Assembly: GCF_006345805.1 (NCBI RefSeq)
Contig: NW_021832035.1
Span: 1 to 64,000 of the forward strand
DNA from: Octopus sinensis
Lineage: Eukaryota
Direction: 5' to 3'
DNA length: 64,000 nt
Positions 52,611 through 64,000 of this stretch are shown one piece after another. The translations under genes were made by a program, and so were the position numbers. Position 1 is the first letter of the stretch. The number at the start of each line of letters is the position of its first letter. The notes below the pieces were generated by a model, which was not told where the DNA came from, searched no databases, and saw nothing but the letters and a program-made list of their open reading frames with translations.

Positions 52611-53675
52611 TTGTTACATGACCATAAAGATCACCTGTCATCCATTTTGGGTTACAAGGACTTTGTGAAAAGGTTTTGAGTCTTTCCAAAATACATGTGG
52701 TCTTTCACTGCATACTCCACCCATCCATCCATCCATCCATCCATCATCTTTTTTCAGTATCTCAATGTATCCATCAGAGTTGAGTCTTTTTAACCCTTTC
52801 ATTACTGCATTTATTTTGAGATTCTCTGTGTTTCTTTCAATTAATTTTAAATATAACAAAGAACTTAGTAAAATAACTTAGTTATCATTAAGCTAGTGTT
52901 AGGAACATAAATTGTGGCTAAGGTTTGATGGAAGATTTTAATTCAAAACTTATGAAAACAAGACATTTGTACTCGGAGCCAGAGCCGGTTTCAGCCGGGT
53001 TAGTAACAAAAGGGTTAAAATACATATGGCCTTTCACTGCATACTCCATCCATCCCGGGTTTAACATCATCATCTTTTTCCAGCACCTCAATGTATCCAT
53101 CAGTGTTACTTCTAAGACCCTGTTGAAAAATGTGAGGTAGCAAGACATGACCTTTGTAACTCACAACTCCTGTGGGTATCAGAAGAATTTGCACATAACA
53201 TGGTATTTCTCCTGTTAGACTTTTGGTCCTGGTCAAAGTTTTCTCAGAAAAAAAATCAAAGCTTGCTGCTTGTGAGGTTAAGTAACCACTCAGCATGGAT
53301 CAAATGGTTTTCCCGTGTCTTTGCAGCCATGAATTTACCTCTCCTCAATATATGCAGCTTGTATCAAATATCCTTGTGCACCAGTTTTGATAATCTACTC
53401 TGACACCTGAAGTTCTTTGATGATGACCCCTGTTAATTTTCTAGGATGTTTTCAACCTGTTGGATAAATTGTGATGCCCTTATAGTGTTTGGACATTTAG
53501 AATACTTTTCTCTCTCTCTAATACATTTGAAACACTCACACCAAAGGCTTCCAAATTCGTCCAAATTTTAGATACAAAAGAGATTGCAATTATTTAGAAA
53601 ATTGGCAATTTCTGAACTGTTGTTTTCCATGCACAAGGCAACTATGGCAGCTTGACTTTCCATTTCTTATTATTA
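52610..53675 (-). pseudogene. Decayed Tc1/mariner-superfamily (maT/DD37D-like) transposase
   Basis: Frameshifted pieces: MESQAAIVAL, SEIANFLN, KELQVSE, HILRRGKFMAAKTRENHL, ENFDQDQK, GVVSYKGHVLLPHIFQQGLRSNTDGYIEVL, ERPHVFWKDSKPFHKVLVTQ. Confidence 0.8.
52790..53018. mobile_element. piggyBac-like MITE
   Basis: TTAA-CCCTTTCATTAC ... GTAACAAAAGGG-TTAA. Confidence 0.85.
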
Positions 53676-53861
53676 GCATTTTATCTGTAATGAGGAATCT
53701 GAAAATACAAGCTTTTCAATCAGTTTGAAGAGAGTAATATACTGATGATTAAATGATTAAGTATCCTGAAATACCCATTGCACTTTGTATATATATATAT
53801 ATATATACATATATATGTGTGTGTGTGTGTGCATCATATATATATATATATATATATAAAA

Positions 53862-54086
53862 GCGGTGAGCTGGCAGAAACATTAGCACGCCAGGCAAAAT
53901 GCTTAGAGATATTTCGTCTGCCGTTACGTTCCGAGTTCAAATTCCGCCGAGGTCGACTTTGCCTTTCATCTTTTCGGGGTCGATAAATTAAGTACCAGTT
54001 ACGCATTGGGGTCGATGTAATCGACTTAATCCCTTTGTCTATCCTTGTTTGTCCCCTCTATGTTTAGCCCCTTGTGGGTAGTAAAG

Positions 54087-54090
<4 letters not shown>
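53862..54090 (+). mobile_element. SINE family B, full length
   Basis: Head to tail match. Confidence 0.9.
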
Positions 54091-54126
<36 letters not shown>

Positions 54127-54309
54127 GAAGGGAGGGGTAGGATGTGGACAGTGAATGAGGGAAAAAGGAGGGGTAGGTAGTTTCATAGAAGTGTGAGTGG
54201 AGAGTGAAAGGTGGTTGGAGACGGGGCAGAATTAAATGTTATTATTATTAATAGTTTGTCCATCAGGATCAACGATGACCAAAGATATTACATGAGAGAC
54301 GACGAGGGC

Positions 54310-54560
54310 ACACTGAGTCTAGCTGTGGCCAACTAGTTTGATGCATGCTCAGAAGGCTCTACCACAGGTCAGACGTTAGTAGTCTGCTGAGATTGACGGT
54401 GAGCAGTTGGCTCTCGGCTTGTGCAGCTCACATTTTCTTTGTGCCTCTGTTCTGTTTGTAGGAGGGGGCACCTCTGCCGGTTCAGCTTCATCAAGCAGAG
54501 CAGCCTTGTGCTTGCATTTTCCAGGGGTCAGGGGCTGATCTTAAAGCTCTTCAGTGAGTC
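54310..54560 (-). mobile_element. Decayed RTE (BovB-like) ORF C-terminus
   Basis: SLKSFKISP..SYKQNR..LTCGRAF..LVGHS, resembling the terminal CxxC..H zinc finger. Confidence 0.55.
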
Positions 54561-54640
54561 TGTTTTGTGTGTATCGTCACTTCAGAGATGAACGTTGTAA
54601 ATGATGAACAAATGTGGAGATATGGGTGATGGAGAAATAC

Positions 54641-55057
54641 CTATTTCTTTACTACCCACAAGGGGCTAAACACAGAGAAGACATACAAGGACAGACAAAC
54701 GAATCAAGTCGATTACATCGACCCCAGTGCATAACTGGTACTTATTTAATCAACCCCGAAAGGATGAAAGGCAAAGTCAACCTTGGCGGAATTTGAACTC
54801 AGAACGTAACGGCAGGCAAAATACCTATTTCTTTACTACCCACAAGGGGCTAAACACAGAGAAGACATACAAGGACAGACAAACGAATCAAGTCGATTAC
54901 ATCGACCCCAGTGCGTAACTGGTACTTAATTTCTCGACCCCAAAAGGATGAAAGGCAAAGTCGACCTTGGCGGAATTTGAACTCAGAACGTAACGGCAGA
55001 CGAAATACGGCTACGCATTTCGCCCGGCATGCTAACATTTCTGCCAGCTTGCCGCCT
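54641..55057 (-). mobile_element. SINE family B dimer with 15 bp TSD
   Basis: GTGATGGAGAAATAC (54626-54640) and GTGACGGAGAAATAC (55058-55072). Confidence 0.85.
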
Positions 55058-55394
55058 GTGACGGAGAAATACTAGTATGGACAGGGGGCGAGATGGTAGA
55101 GGTAAAAATGGTTCAAGGAGGATTGATAATTGTATGTAAGTTGTCCCATCAGTTACTTGGTTGTTGAAAATACTGATGAATTATGAGAAGGTTCTCCTAT
55201 GCAAAATGAACCACATGAAATTGTGGGTGCTTCCTTATCAATGTCTTTTAATATACAGCGTAACAGATGATGTTCTGAAGGACTCCTGTGGTCAAGTATA
55301 TAGATTACTACAATATATTAGGAAAGGTTTTAGCTTTATAATCATCACCCTTTCTCCCTTTATGTCTCAATCAATAAATCAACTCCTGCAATCA

Positions 55395-55433
<39 letters not shown>

Positions 55434-56204
55434 CACACACATACAAGCACACACACACATACAAGCACACACACACACACATGCACACACATACAAGCAC
55501 ACACACTCACACACACATGCACACACACATACAAGCACACATACACATGCACGCACATACAAGCACACACACATAGAGGCATCCACATACAGTCACACAC
55601 ATACAGGAACACACATGCACACACACATACTGGCACACAAACACATACATGCATACACAGAGTGAAAGGTTATGGAATTGGTAATATAGAATTAGAGTTC
55701 CTGCCATACACTTTCTGTAGTATCTAATTTGTATTTTTATATATATATATATATTTTTTTAGTCTTAACATTTCTTCAGAATATTTACATATATTTCACA
55801 GCGTCTACTCTACATGTTATCAGTATATTTTTAGCGTCAGAATAAGTACCAATGAATATGATAATAGCTTAGTTATGATTGAAATGGCTCACAAGAATCA
55901 GTTTGCAGTAGAATAGAGAGCAATACAGTCAGTAATTTAATAGAAATATTGGTTGACTAAGCAAATAGTCAAGTAGTGGCTACTTTCCAACTAAACAGGC
56001 AATTTCTGAGTAAATATATGTTCCTGGTTTGAATTTTGAAATTTTTACAAGTCTGTAAATAATATTTATAATCTCTTCCTTCTATAGTGCTTACCCAGCT
56101 GCATTTCATTATTGAATCAGTGAACAACTTGAAATAAACCGGCACTGAATGAAAGCCGCTCTGTTGCATGTTTGCCCACAGTCTCTTAACCGAATACAAG
56201 GATT

Positions 56205-57300
56205 AAAATAAAGAAAATTGTAGTTAGGAGATAACAGAAAAGACAGGTTCTTACCATTATACATGAGTTAACCCCTTTCATTACCGTATTTATTTTGAGA
56301 TGCTCTGTGTTTCTTTCAATTAATTTTGAATTAACAAAGAATTTAGTAAAATAACTTAGTTATCATTAAGCTAGTGTTAGGAACATAAATTGTGATTAAG
56401 GTTTGGTGGAAGATTTTAATTCAAAAACTTTTGAAAACAAAATATTTGTACTACAGAGGTAGTTTCAGCCGGGTTGGTACTGAAAGGGTTAAGGAAAATA
56501 AAGAAAATCGTAGTTAGGAGATAACAGAAAAGACAGGTTCTTACCATTATACATGAGTTAACCCTTTTGTTACCGTATTTATTTTGAGCTGCTCTGTGTT
56601 TCTTTCAATTAATTTTAAATTAACAAAGAATTTAGTAAAATAACTTAGTTATCATTAAGCTAGTGTTAGGAACATAAATTGTGATTAAGGGTTGGTGGAA
56701 GATTTTAATTCAAAAACTTTTGAAAACAAGACATTTGTACTACAGAGCCAGAGCTGGTTTCAGCCGGGTTGATATCAGAAGGGTTAAATATAATAAAGAA
56801 TTTAGTAAAATAACTTAATTATCATTAAGCTAGTGTTAGGAACATAAATTGTGATTAAAGTTTGGTGGAAGATTTTAATTCAAAAGCTTTTGGAAACAAG
56901 ATATTTGTACTACAGAGGTAGTTTCAGCTGGGTTGGTACTGGAAGGGTTAAGGAAAATAAAGACAATCCTAGTTAGGAGATAACAGAAAAGACAGGTTCT
57001 TACCATAATACATGAGTTAACCCTTTCGTTACCGTATTTATTTTGAGATGCTCTGTGTTTCTTTCAATTAATTTTAAATTAACAAAGAATTTAATAAAAT
57101 AACTTAGTTATCATTAAGCTAGTGTTAGGAACATAAATTGTGATTAAGGTTTGGTGGAAGAATTTAATTCAAAAACTTTTGTAAACAAGATATTTGTACT
57201 ACAGAGGCGGTTTCAGCCGGGTTGGTATTGAAAGGGTTAAGGAAAATGAAGAAAATCCTAGTTAGGGGATATTAGAACAGACAGCCTCTTACCAAAGTAT
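56205..57300. repeat. Tandem array of piggyBac-like MITEs alternating with a ~65 bp spacer
   Basis: MITEs 56268-56492, 56558-56787, partial 56788-56951, 57017-57240; same family as 52790-53018. Confidence 0.9.
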
Positions 57301-57344
57301 ATGAATTTAGGAATATAAAACATCATTTAGGAGATAATAGAATA

Positions 57345-57883
57345 CATAGGCTCAAAAGCTTTGGTTTAGGGCAGCAAGGATAGATCCTTCCAATTTGGTT
57401 TTTAACCCTGAGTTTCACAACCACTGATAGGTTTCTGGGTGGTCAATATCAGTTTCTTGGGTGCAAAGTCAGTAATTTCCCTGCAGAGGATTTTGTTGCT
57501 ATCCATCATTCAGATTTTTAAGGCCCACAGACTTGGTTTCAATTCTACGTTTCAGTTCTTGTTTCAATTCTAACTACCTTGGCTGGTTGTAGGTTGGCCT
57601 TGTTTGCAATTACCAGGCCGTTGCCAGCGCCACCTCGACTGGCCTCCGTGCTGGTGGCACGTAAAAAGCACCAACCGATCGTGGCCATTGCTAGCCTCGC
57701 TTGGCACCTGTGCCGGTGGCATGTAAAAAGCCCCCACTACACTCATGGAGTGGTTGGCGTTAGGAAGAGCATCCAGCTGTAGAAACACTGCCAGATCAGA
57801 CTGGAGCCTGGTGCAGCCTCCTGGCTTCCAAGACCCTGGTTGAACCATCCAACCCATGCTAGCATGGAAAACGGACGTTAAAC

Positions 57884-57916
<33 letters not shown>

Positions 57917-58830
57917 AATGATGTTACTGATTCTTGGTTCCCTTATGTATTTATCTGCCCCTTTCACTACAAAGTGGTGTCTCTTCTTGTTTCCATGGTC
58001 TTTTACTAATATCATCACCTGACTTCTACTTTTATTCAAATATGTTTGCAGTCCATTCCTGGCTGTTTTATAAGATAATTCAAGCTGGGTGAGTCCCATT
58101 TCATCATCTTATCTTGACAAATAGAGATGACTTATTCACCTTGTTGGTGTTGAGAAGTTTCCATGTTTTCCCATCCTTTCTCTAAAGGCCACTCACGGCC
58201 CAGTTAATCCAATTGAAACCTTATTGCACTATAGATACATGTAGGGTGTTGATAGCTTTGCTATGACTTTTAGAGTTGAGTAGTTTTCAGGACCAGCCTT
58301 ATTCCTTGTAATATATTTTTCATCATCATCATCATCATCGTTTAACATCCGCTTTCCATGCTAGCTTGGGTTGGACGATTTTGACAGAGGGCTGGCGAAC
58401 CAGATGGTTGCACCAGGCTCCAATCTGGATCTGGCAGAGTTTCTACAGCTGGATGCCCTTCCTAATGCCAACCACTCCGAGAGTGTTGTGGGTGCTTTTT
58501 ACGTGCCACCGGCACAGGAGCCAGTCAAGCGGTACTGGCAATGACCTCGCTCGAATCTTTTTACACGTGCCACTGGCACAGGTGCCAGTGAAGCAACGTT
58601 GGTAACGATCACGCTCGAATGGTGCCCTTTTATTTAATCTTTTCCTTCATTTGAATATGGTGGATTCCATTACCCTCATTTATACCTAGATGTTTATAAG
58701 TACCCTTAAGATCCAGTCCTTGTACAAAAGTATCTTGTTCAAATTGAAAGGCTGGTGTTGTAGTAAGCTTTCCCCACACCCTTTGAAAGTTGCTTTTGCA
58801 AACTATCACATCTAACTTTTATTCTTTTAC
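57345..58830 (-). mobile_element. Second, older Dong/R4-type LINE fragment, interrupted by two family E elements
   Basis: KATFKRGKLTTT..GTYKHLGINEGNGIHH, AINTL, GLTQLELSYKTARNGL, DHPETYQWL*NSGLKTKLEGSILAALNQS. Confidence 0.75.
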
Positions 58831-58832
58831 TA

Positions 58833-59177
58833 GGCGTAGGAGTGGCTGTGTGGTAAGTAGCTTGCTTACGAACCACATGGTTCTGGGTTCAGTCCCACTG
58901 CGTGACACCTTGGGCAAGTGTCTTCAGGCCAACCAAAGCCTTGTGAATGGATTTGGTAGGCGGAAACTAAAAGAAGCCCGTCATATATATGTATATATAT
59001 ATGTGTGTGTGATGTGTGTGTGTGGGCGTGTGTTGTGTGTGTGTGTGTGTGCGTGATAGAATAAGTACTAGGCTTACAAAGAATAAGTCCTGGAGTCGAT
59101 TTGCTCGACTAAAGGTGGTGCTCCAGCATGGCCACAGTCAAATGACTGAAACACGTAAATGAGTAAAAGGGTAAAGA
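58833..59177 (+). mobile_element. SINE family A
   Basis: Head and tail match. Confidence 0.85.
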
Positions 59178-59578
59178 GTATATATGTATGTGTGTGTGTA
59201 TATGTTTGTGTGTCTGTGTTTGACCCCCAACATCGTTTGACAACCGATGCTGGTATGTTTACGTCCCTGTAATTTAGCGGTTCGGCAAAAGAGACCTATA
59301 GAATAAGTACCAGAGGGCTAACTCAATTATATCGATTCCAGTGTGCAGCTAGTACTTATTTTATTCTCGTTTACTCAAGGTGCAAGGCCTGAAATTTTGG
59401 GAGAGGAGGCTAGTCGATTAGATTGACTCCAGTATGCAACTGGTACTTAATTTATCGACCCTGAAATGATGAAAGGCAAAGTCAGCCCTGGTGGAATTTG
59501 AACTCAGAATGCAAAGATTGACGAAATACCACTAAGCATTTTTGCCCAGCATGCCAATGATTCTTTCAGCTCGCCTCC

Positions 59579-59614
<36 letters not shown>

Positions 59615-59616
<2 letters not shown>

Positions 59617-60025
59617 GGTGGGGAGCTGGCAGAAACGTTAGCACGCCGGGCGAAATGCGTAGCAGTATTTCGTCTGCTGTTACGTTCTGAGTTCAAATTC
59701 CACCGAGGTCGACTTTGCCTTTCATCCTTTCAGGGTCGATTAAATAAGTACCTGTTACGCACAGGGATCGATGTAATCGACTAAATCCCTTTGTTTGTCC
59801 TTGTTTGTCCCCTCTGTGTTTAGCCCCTTGTGGGTAGTAAAGAAATAGGTATTTCGTCTGCTGTTAGATTCTGTGTTCAAATTCCACCGAGGTCGACTTT
59901 GCCTTTCATCCTTTTGGGATCGATATGTTAAGTACCAGTTATGCACTGGGGTCAATGTAATCGACTAAATCCCTTTGTCTGTCCTTGTTTGTCCCCTCTA
60001 TGTTTATCCCTATGTGGGCATTAAA
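59615..60025 (+). mobile_element. SINE family B dimer
   Basis: Junction GAAATAGGTATTTCGTC at ~59843. Confidence 0.88.
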
Positions 60026-60765
60026 AAAATAGAAATAAAAAAAAAAAATAAATATAAATAAAATAATAACAATTGTTGTTATTAGTATTATTTTTATTAT
60101 TATTATTATAATTATTATTGTTGTTGTTGTTGTTGGTGTTTTTAGAAAGAAACTAAGTGGAAGCCAAGTAATGTATTGATAAATCAATCATCATGGAATG
60201 ACATATAAACAATGTCTGCTCTAGTAAACGAGAAGGAAAATAGTTCATTAGAAAAGTTCCTGTGTGCCAAATTGTGTCTGTCACTCCACTCACTCACAAT
60301 ATTTCCCATCTTCTCATTATTTCCCATCATCATCATTACTATCCCCACTATCCCTATCAACACCATTGTCTTCATGGCGGTGGTACCACTAACGAAGGAA
60401 CAGCTCAAGCCAACAAGGGAGGGTCTTCGATGCTAGGGGTGGAGAGACTTTCCAGTTCCAGGAGGGAATTGCAGTAAAAGTACATAACTCCTTTGGTGGG
60501 GTTAGTACATAAGCTGGGGCGCAGCTCCTAACCATACTAGCTCTTGTCACACCATCCAACCCATGGCAGCATGGACAACAGGTGTTAAATGATGATGGTG
60601 ACGATGATGTTGTGGGGGTGAGTTGTACTAGCATATAAGATTCTGTGATCGGGTAGGCTTATAAGTACATTACAAGCTTTGGGGTGCAAGGCTTCGTGTT
60701 AGGGTAAACTTATAAGTACATAAGAAGCTGTGGGGTTGAATTCTACAGGTATATAAGGCAGTGAG

Positions 60766-60992
60766 CTGGCAGAATCGTTAGCACGCCGGGCGAAATGCTG
60801 AGCAGTATTTCATCTGCTGCTATGCTCTGAGTTCAGATTCCGCCAAGGTCGACTTTGCCTTTCATCCTTTCGGGGTCAATTAAGTAAGTACCAGTTACGC
60901 ACTGGGTTCAATATAATCGACTTAATCCATTTGTCTGTCCTTGTTTGTCCCCTTTGTGTGTTGCCTGTTCTGGGTAGTAAAGAAATAGGTAT
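60766..60992 (+). mobile_element. SINE family B, full length
   Basis: Head to GAAATAGGTAT tail. Confidence 0.88.
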
Positions 60993-61220
60993 ATAAGGCC
61001 CTTTGGTGGTTATGCATATAAGCACATGAGATGTTGTTGTAGGGGGTGGGTGTGAATTATACAAGTTCATAAGACTTTGTGGGGCTACATATATCCTGAT
61101 AAAGTAAAAATTACAGTTTTGCACTTGAAATTCAACATAGTTTTATTTTTAGTACCATATAAGGTTTTACAGACTTTGCTCTTTGTAGATGTGATGATGC
61201 CTTGACTTGTTTAATATATA

Positions 61221-61253
<33 letters not shown>

Positions 61254-61286
61254 ATACATATATATCAATATATATATATATATATA

Positions 61287-61330
<44 letters not shown>

Positions 61331-61418
61331 TATTATGTGTGTGTGGTGTGTGTGTGCATGTATATGTATATAAAAATAAATAAATGGAGTTTAACGCAGG
61401 TATAATTCAAATACTTTT

Positions 61419-61506
61419 ACTTCCGACACATGTTTCGAAGATTTCACTAATATTATTTGAAAGGAATAAATGGTGTAAAACAATGTCATCTTCTCTTCAG
61501 GGAAGT
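61419..61506 (-). ncRNA. Type I hammerhead ribozyme motif, complete canonical core
   Basis: Minus strand: ACTTCC-CTGAAGA-GAAGAT-(45 nt)-ATCTTC-GAAAC-ATGT-GTC-GGAAGT. Confidence 0.8.
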
Positions 61507-62380
61507 GAAGAAAGGAAACTCGTCAATAAGACATTTTAACAGAAAATTATGGATGTGTATAGTGATTTACTGAACACTATTAATATTGTTTCAAAAATAT
61601 ATAATATGATATAACGTCAGAAGAAGCCTATAACAAGGGAAAAATACACTCCTTATTTAATAATATATATATAAATATATATTACCTCTCCATTGGATTT
61701 TTTTACCTCTAAGGGCACCTACCCTCTGGCTGCACCTCTCCTACACGGATCAAAGTGACTTTATATATATATGGATATATACATATATGTAATTAGGGTC
61801 TATCTCTAGCATCCTGGTGTTGTAACCATTCAGCACCTTATTATAATTATATAATATATGTACATACATATATGTGTGTGTATTATATATGTTTATGTAC
61901 ATGTATGATGATGATACATACATGCATAGCTTGTGGTAAGAAGTTTGCTTTCCAACCACATGGTTCCAGGTTCAGTCTTCTAAAATACCCTTGGGCTAAC
62001 CAAAGCCTTGTGAGTGGCTTTGGTAGCTGAAAACTGAAAGAAGCTCATCATGTGTGTGTGTGTGTGTGTGGTGGTGTGTGTTTATATTTGTATTCTGTAT
62101 ATGTATGATGATGATAGGTGCAAGCATAGCTGTATGGTAAGAAGTTTGCTTTCGAACCACATGGTTCCAGGTTCAGTCTTCTATAATACTCTTGGGCTAA
62201 CCAAAGCCTTGTGGGTGGCTTTGGTAGCTGAAAACTGAAAGAAGCTCAGCATGTGTATATGTGTGTGTGTGGTGATAGTTATGTTACTCACAAACATGAA
62301 CAACAAGAGAAAGCACAACAACGCGAGGATGTGGAACAAGTATAGTGTTATTGGACGCTCAGGAAAGGAAAGAAGGAGGA

Positions 62381-62413
62381 TTTAACATTTCGAGTAGAGC
62401 TCTTCGTCAGAAA
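62381..62413 (-). ncRNA. Degenerate hammerhead-like motif (extra A after core, no helix III loop)
   Basis: Minus strand: TTT-CTGACGA-A-GAGC TCT ACTC-GAAAT-GTT-AAA. Confidence 0.45.
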
Positions 62414-62711
62414 CACAGAAAAAGGAAAGGTCCAAGGAAGGGAAGGGGTGAAGAAAAAGTTATTTCAAGGACAGGAGAGTGCAAGAGAAGGAGGTATGTG
62501 TGTGTTTATGTGGATATGTGCGTGCGCACAGGTCTGTGTGAGTAGTGGTATTTGGTCTGTTGTTATGTTCTGAGTTCAAATTCTGCCGAGGTCGACTTTT
62601 GTCTTTCATCTTTCCGGGGTTGATAGAATAAGTACCAGTTGAGCATTGAGTTTGATGTAAACATCTTAGTCCTTCCCTGGAAATATCTGGCCATGTGCCA
62701 AACATTTGAAA

Positions 62712-63245
62712 TCAATATTTAGTAGAAGCAACACCAGCCACCACCACCACCACCACCGACATCATCACCAACACCAACACCACCACCACCACTGCCACCA
62801 TCACCACATATAATAACAACCACCACCACCACCACCAACATCACCACCACCACCAACACCAACACCACCACCAACACCAACACCACTGCCACCATCACCA
62901 CATATAATAACCACCACCAACATCACCACCAACATCAACATCACCACCAACACCAACACCACTGCTACCATCACCACATATAATAACAGCCCTCACCACC
63001 CAAATCACCACCAACACCACCACCACTACCAACACCAACACCAACACCACCAACACCACCACCAACACCAACACCACTGCCACCATCACCACATATAATA
63101 ACAACCCGCACCACAACATCACTGCCTCTGCCACCACCACCACCACCACTATCACTACCACATACAACACCCATCATCACAAACACCGCCATTGTCACCA
63201 CCAACAGCAGTAGCACCACCACCAACACCAACATCAACACCAATA
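62712..63245. repeat. (ACC/AAC)n array with a recurring CATCACCACATATAATAAC unit
   Basis: Unit seen four times (~62800, 62892, 62970, 63085). Confidence 0.9.
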
Positions 63246-64000
63246 TTTCTGAAATATAGGAGACAGTACTGTTTGTTACTGATGAGGCAACTGATAGCCA
63301 TTACATGGAAGAGTGAACGTAAATATATTTTATCAAATTTCGTTATTGAATTAGTTTTTTTATTTTTGAATAAATAAATAACTTTTATGATTCATAATTT
63401 ACTCCTACTGATGACTCTAGTAATGCCATCTTTATATTTTGATAATTTTTAAAAATTGTTTTATATAACTTTTCTGCTGGAATATTCTCCAGCTGCCCTC
63501 AGGTGTAATTTTTTTTTTTTTTTACACAGCTGTTATTTTCCCTTCGGTTAAGACTGAATTTACAGCCCCTAGATCTTCAAAATCATTATTTTGTAGACAG
63601 GTGCAGTATTTCTCATACTGTGGAAATTGAAAAGGGGGGGGAGAAATCACCTGTTTTCATAAAATAATGATGTTTTAAACTTTTTAGACTTGTCCGACAA
63701 TTTAAGATAAGAATAAACAGCATATTTTATTTTATCTTCATTTACTTTTTTCAGTTATTTGTACAGCGACCATGCTGGGGCATTACCTTGATATCTTTAC
63801 CCAAACAAACCAATCATAGTTCTTATTTCTTCTTTTTAAAGTCATGTATTTTATTCTATTATCTGTTTTGTCAAACTGCTAAGTCATAGGGATATAAACC
63901 AACCAACACCAGTTATCAGCAGTGGTGAGGAACAAACATAAAAACATATACACATAGACACAAACACACATATACATCCATACATACATACATACATCAT

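Noticed and set aside
55161-55727. 188 aa ORF
   Set aside because: It starts at a non-ATG codon and half is (CA)n-derived; no recognisable motif.
56088-56137. Strong acceptor giving an in-phase short terminal exon (LLTQLHFIIESVNNLK*) for the 34881 exon
   Set aside because: It is 20 kb away and similar acceptors occur by chance; unsupported without RNA data.
56205-57300. Repeat-spacer pattern superficially like a CRISPR array (also the 12 kb and 51 kb unit arrays)
   Set aside because: Units are 115-290 bp, spacers are identical or microsatellite, there are no cas genes, and the context is eukaryotic.
63275-63310. CTGATGA-GGC..GCC hairpin
   Set aside because: Helix II is followed by ATTAC, not GAAA.

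Overview
Eukaryotic, extremely repeat-rich genomic DNA. The SINE families and microsatellite load resemble Octopus; this is recognition-based inference, not a database result. Most ORF-track entries are microsatellite or SINE artefacts. Supported features: (1) one likely real coding exon (34881-35922) for an unassigned single-pass membrane protein, inside a ~15 kb SINE-free domain; (2) four tRNA-derived SINE families plus a SINE-tail family; (3) decayed LINEs (two Dong/R4-type families and several RTE fragments); (4) decayed Tc1/mariner transposases and hAT, piggyBac-like and pogo-like MITEs; (5) many simple and higher-order tandem repeats. The most interesting unexplained signal is a set of short noncoding elements sitting in microsatellites that carry minimal type I hammerhead-ribozyme motifs like those of Penelope-like elements. 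Two have a complete catalytic core (61419-61506 minus; 49047-49089 plus, within a fold-back carrying a second, mutated copy) and several are core variants. There is also a partial HDV-like ribozyme candidate at the 5' end of an RTE-like 5'UTR (20352). All RNA folds were done by eye and none is tested. No rRNA, bona fide tRNA or CRISPR array was seen. SINE boundaries are approximate (about +/-15 bp).
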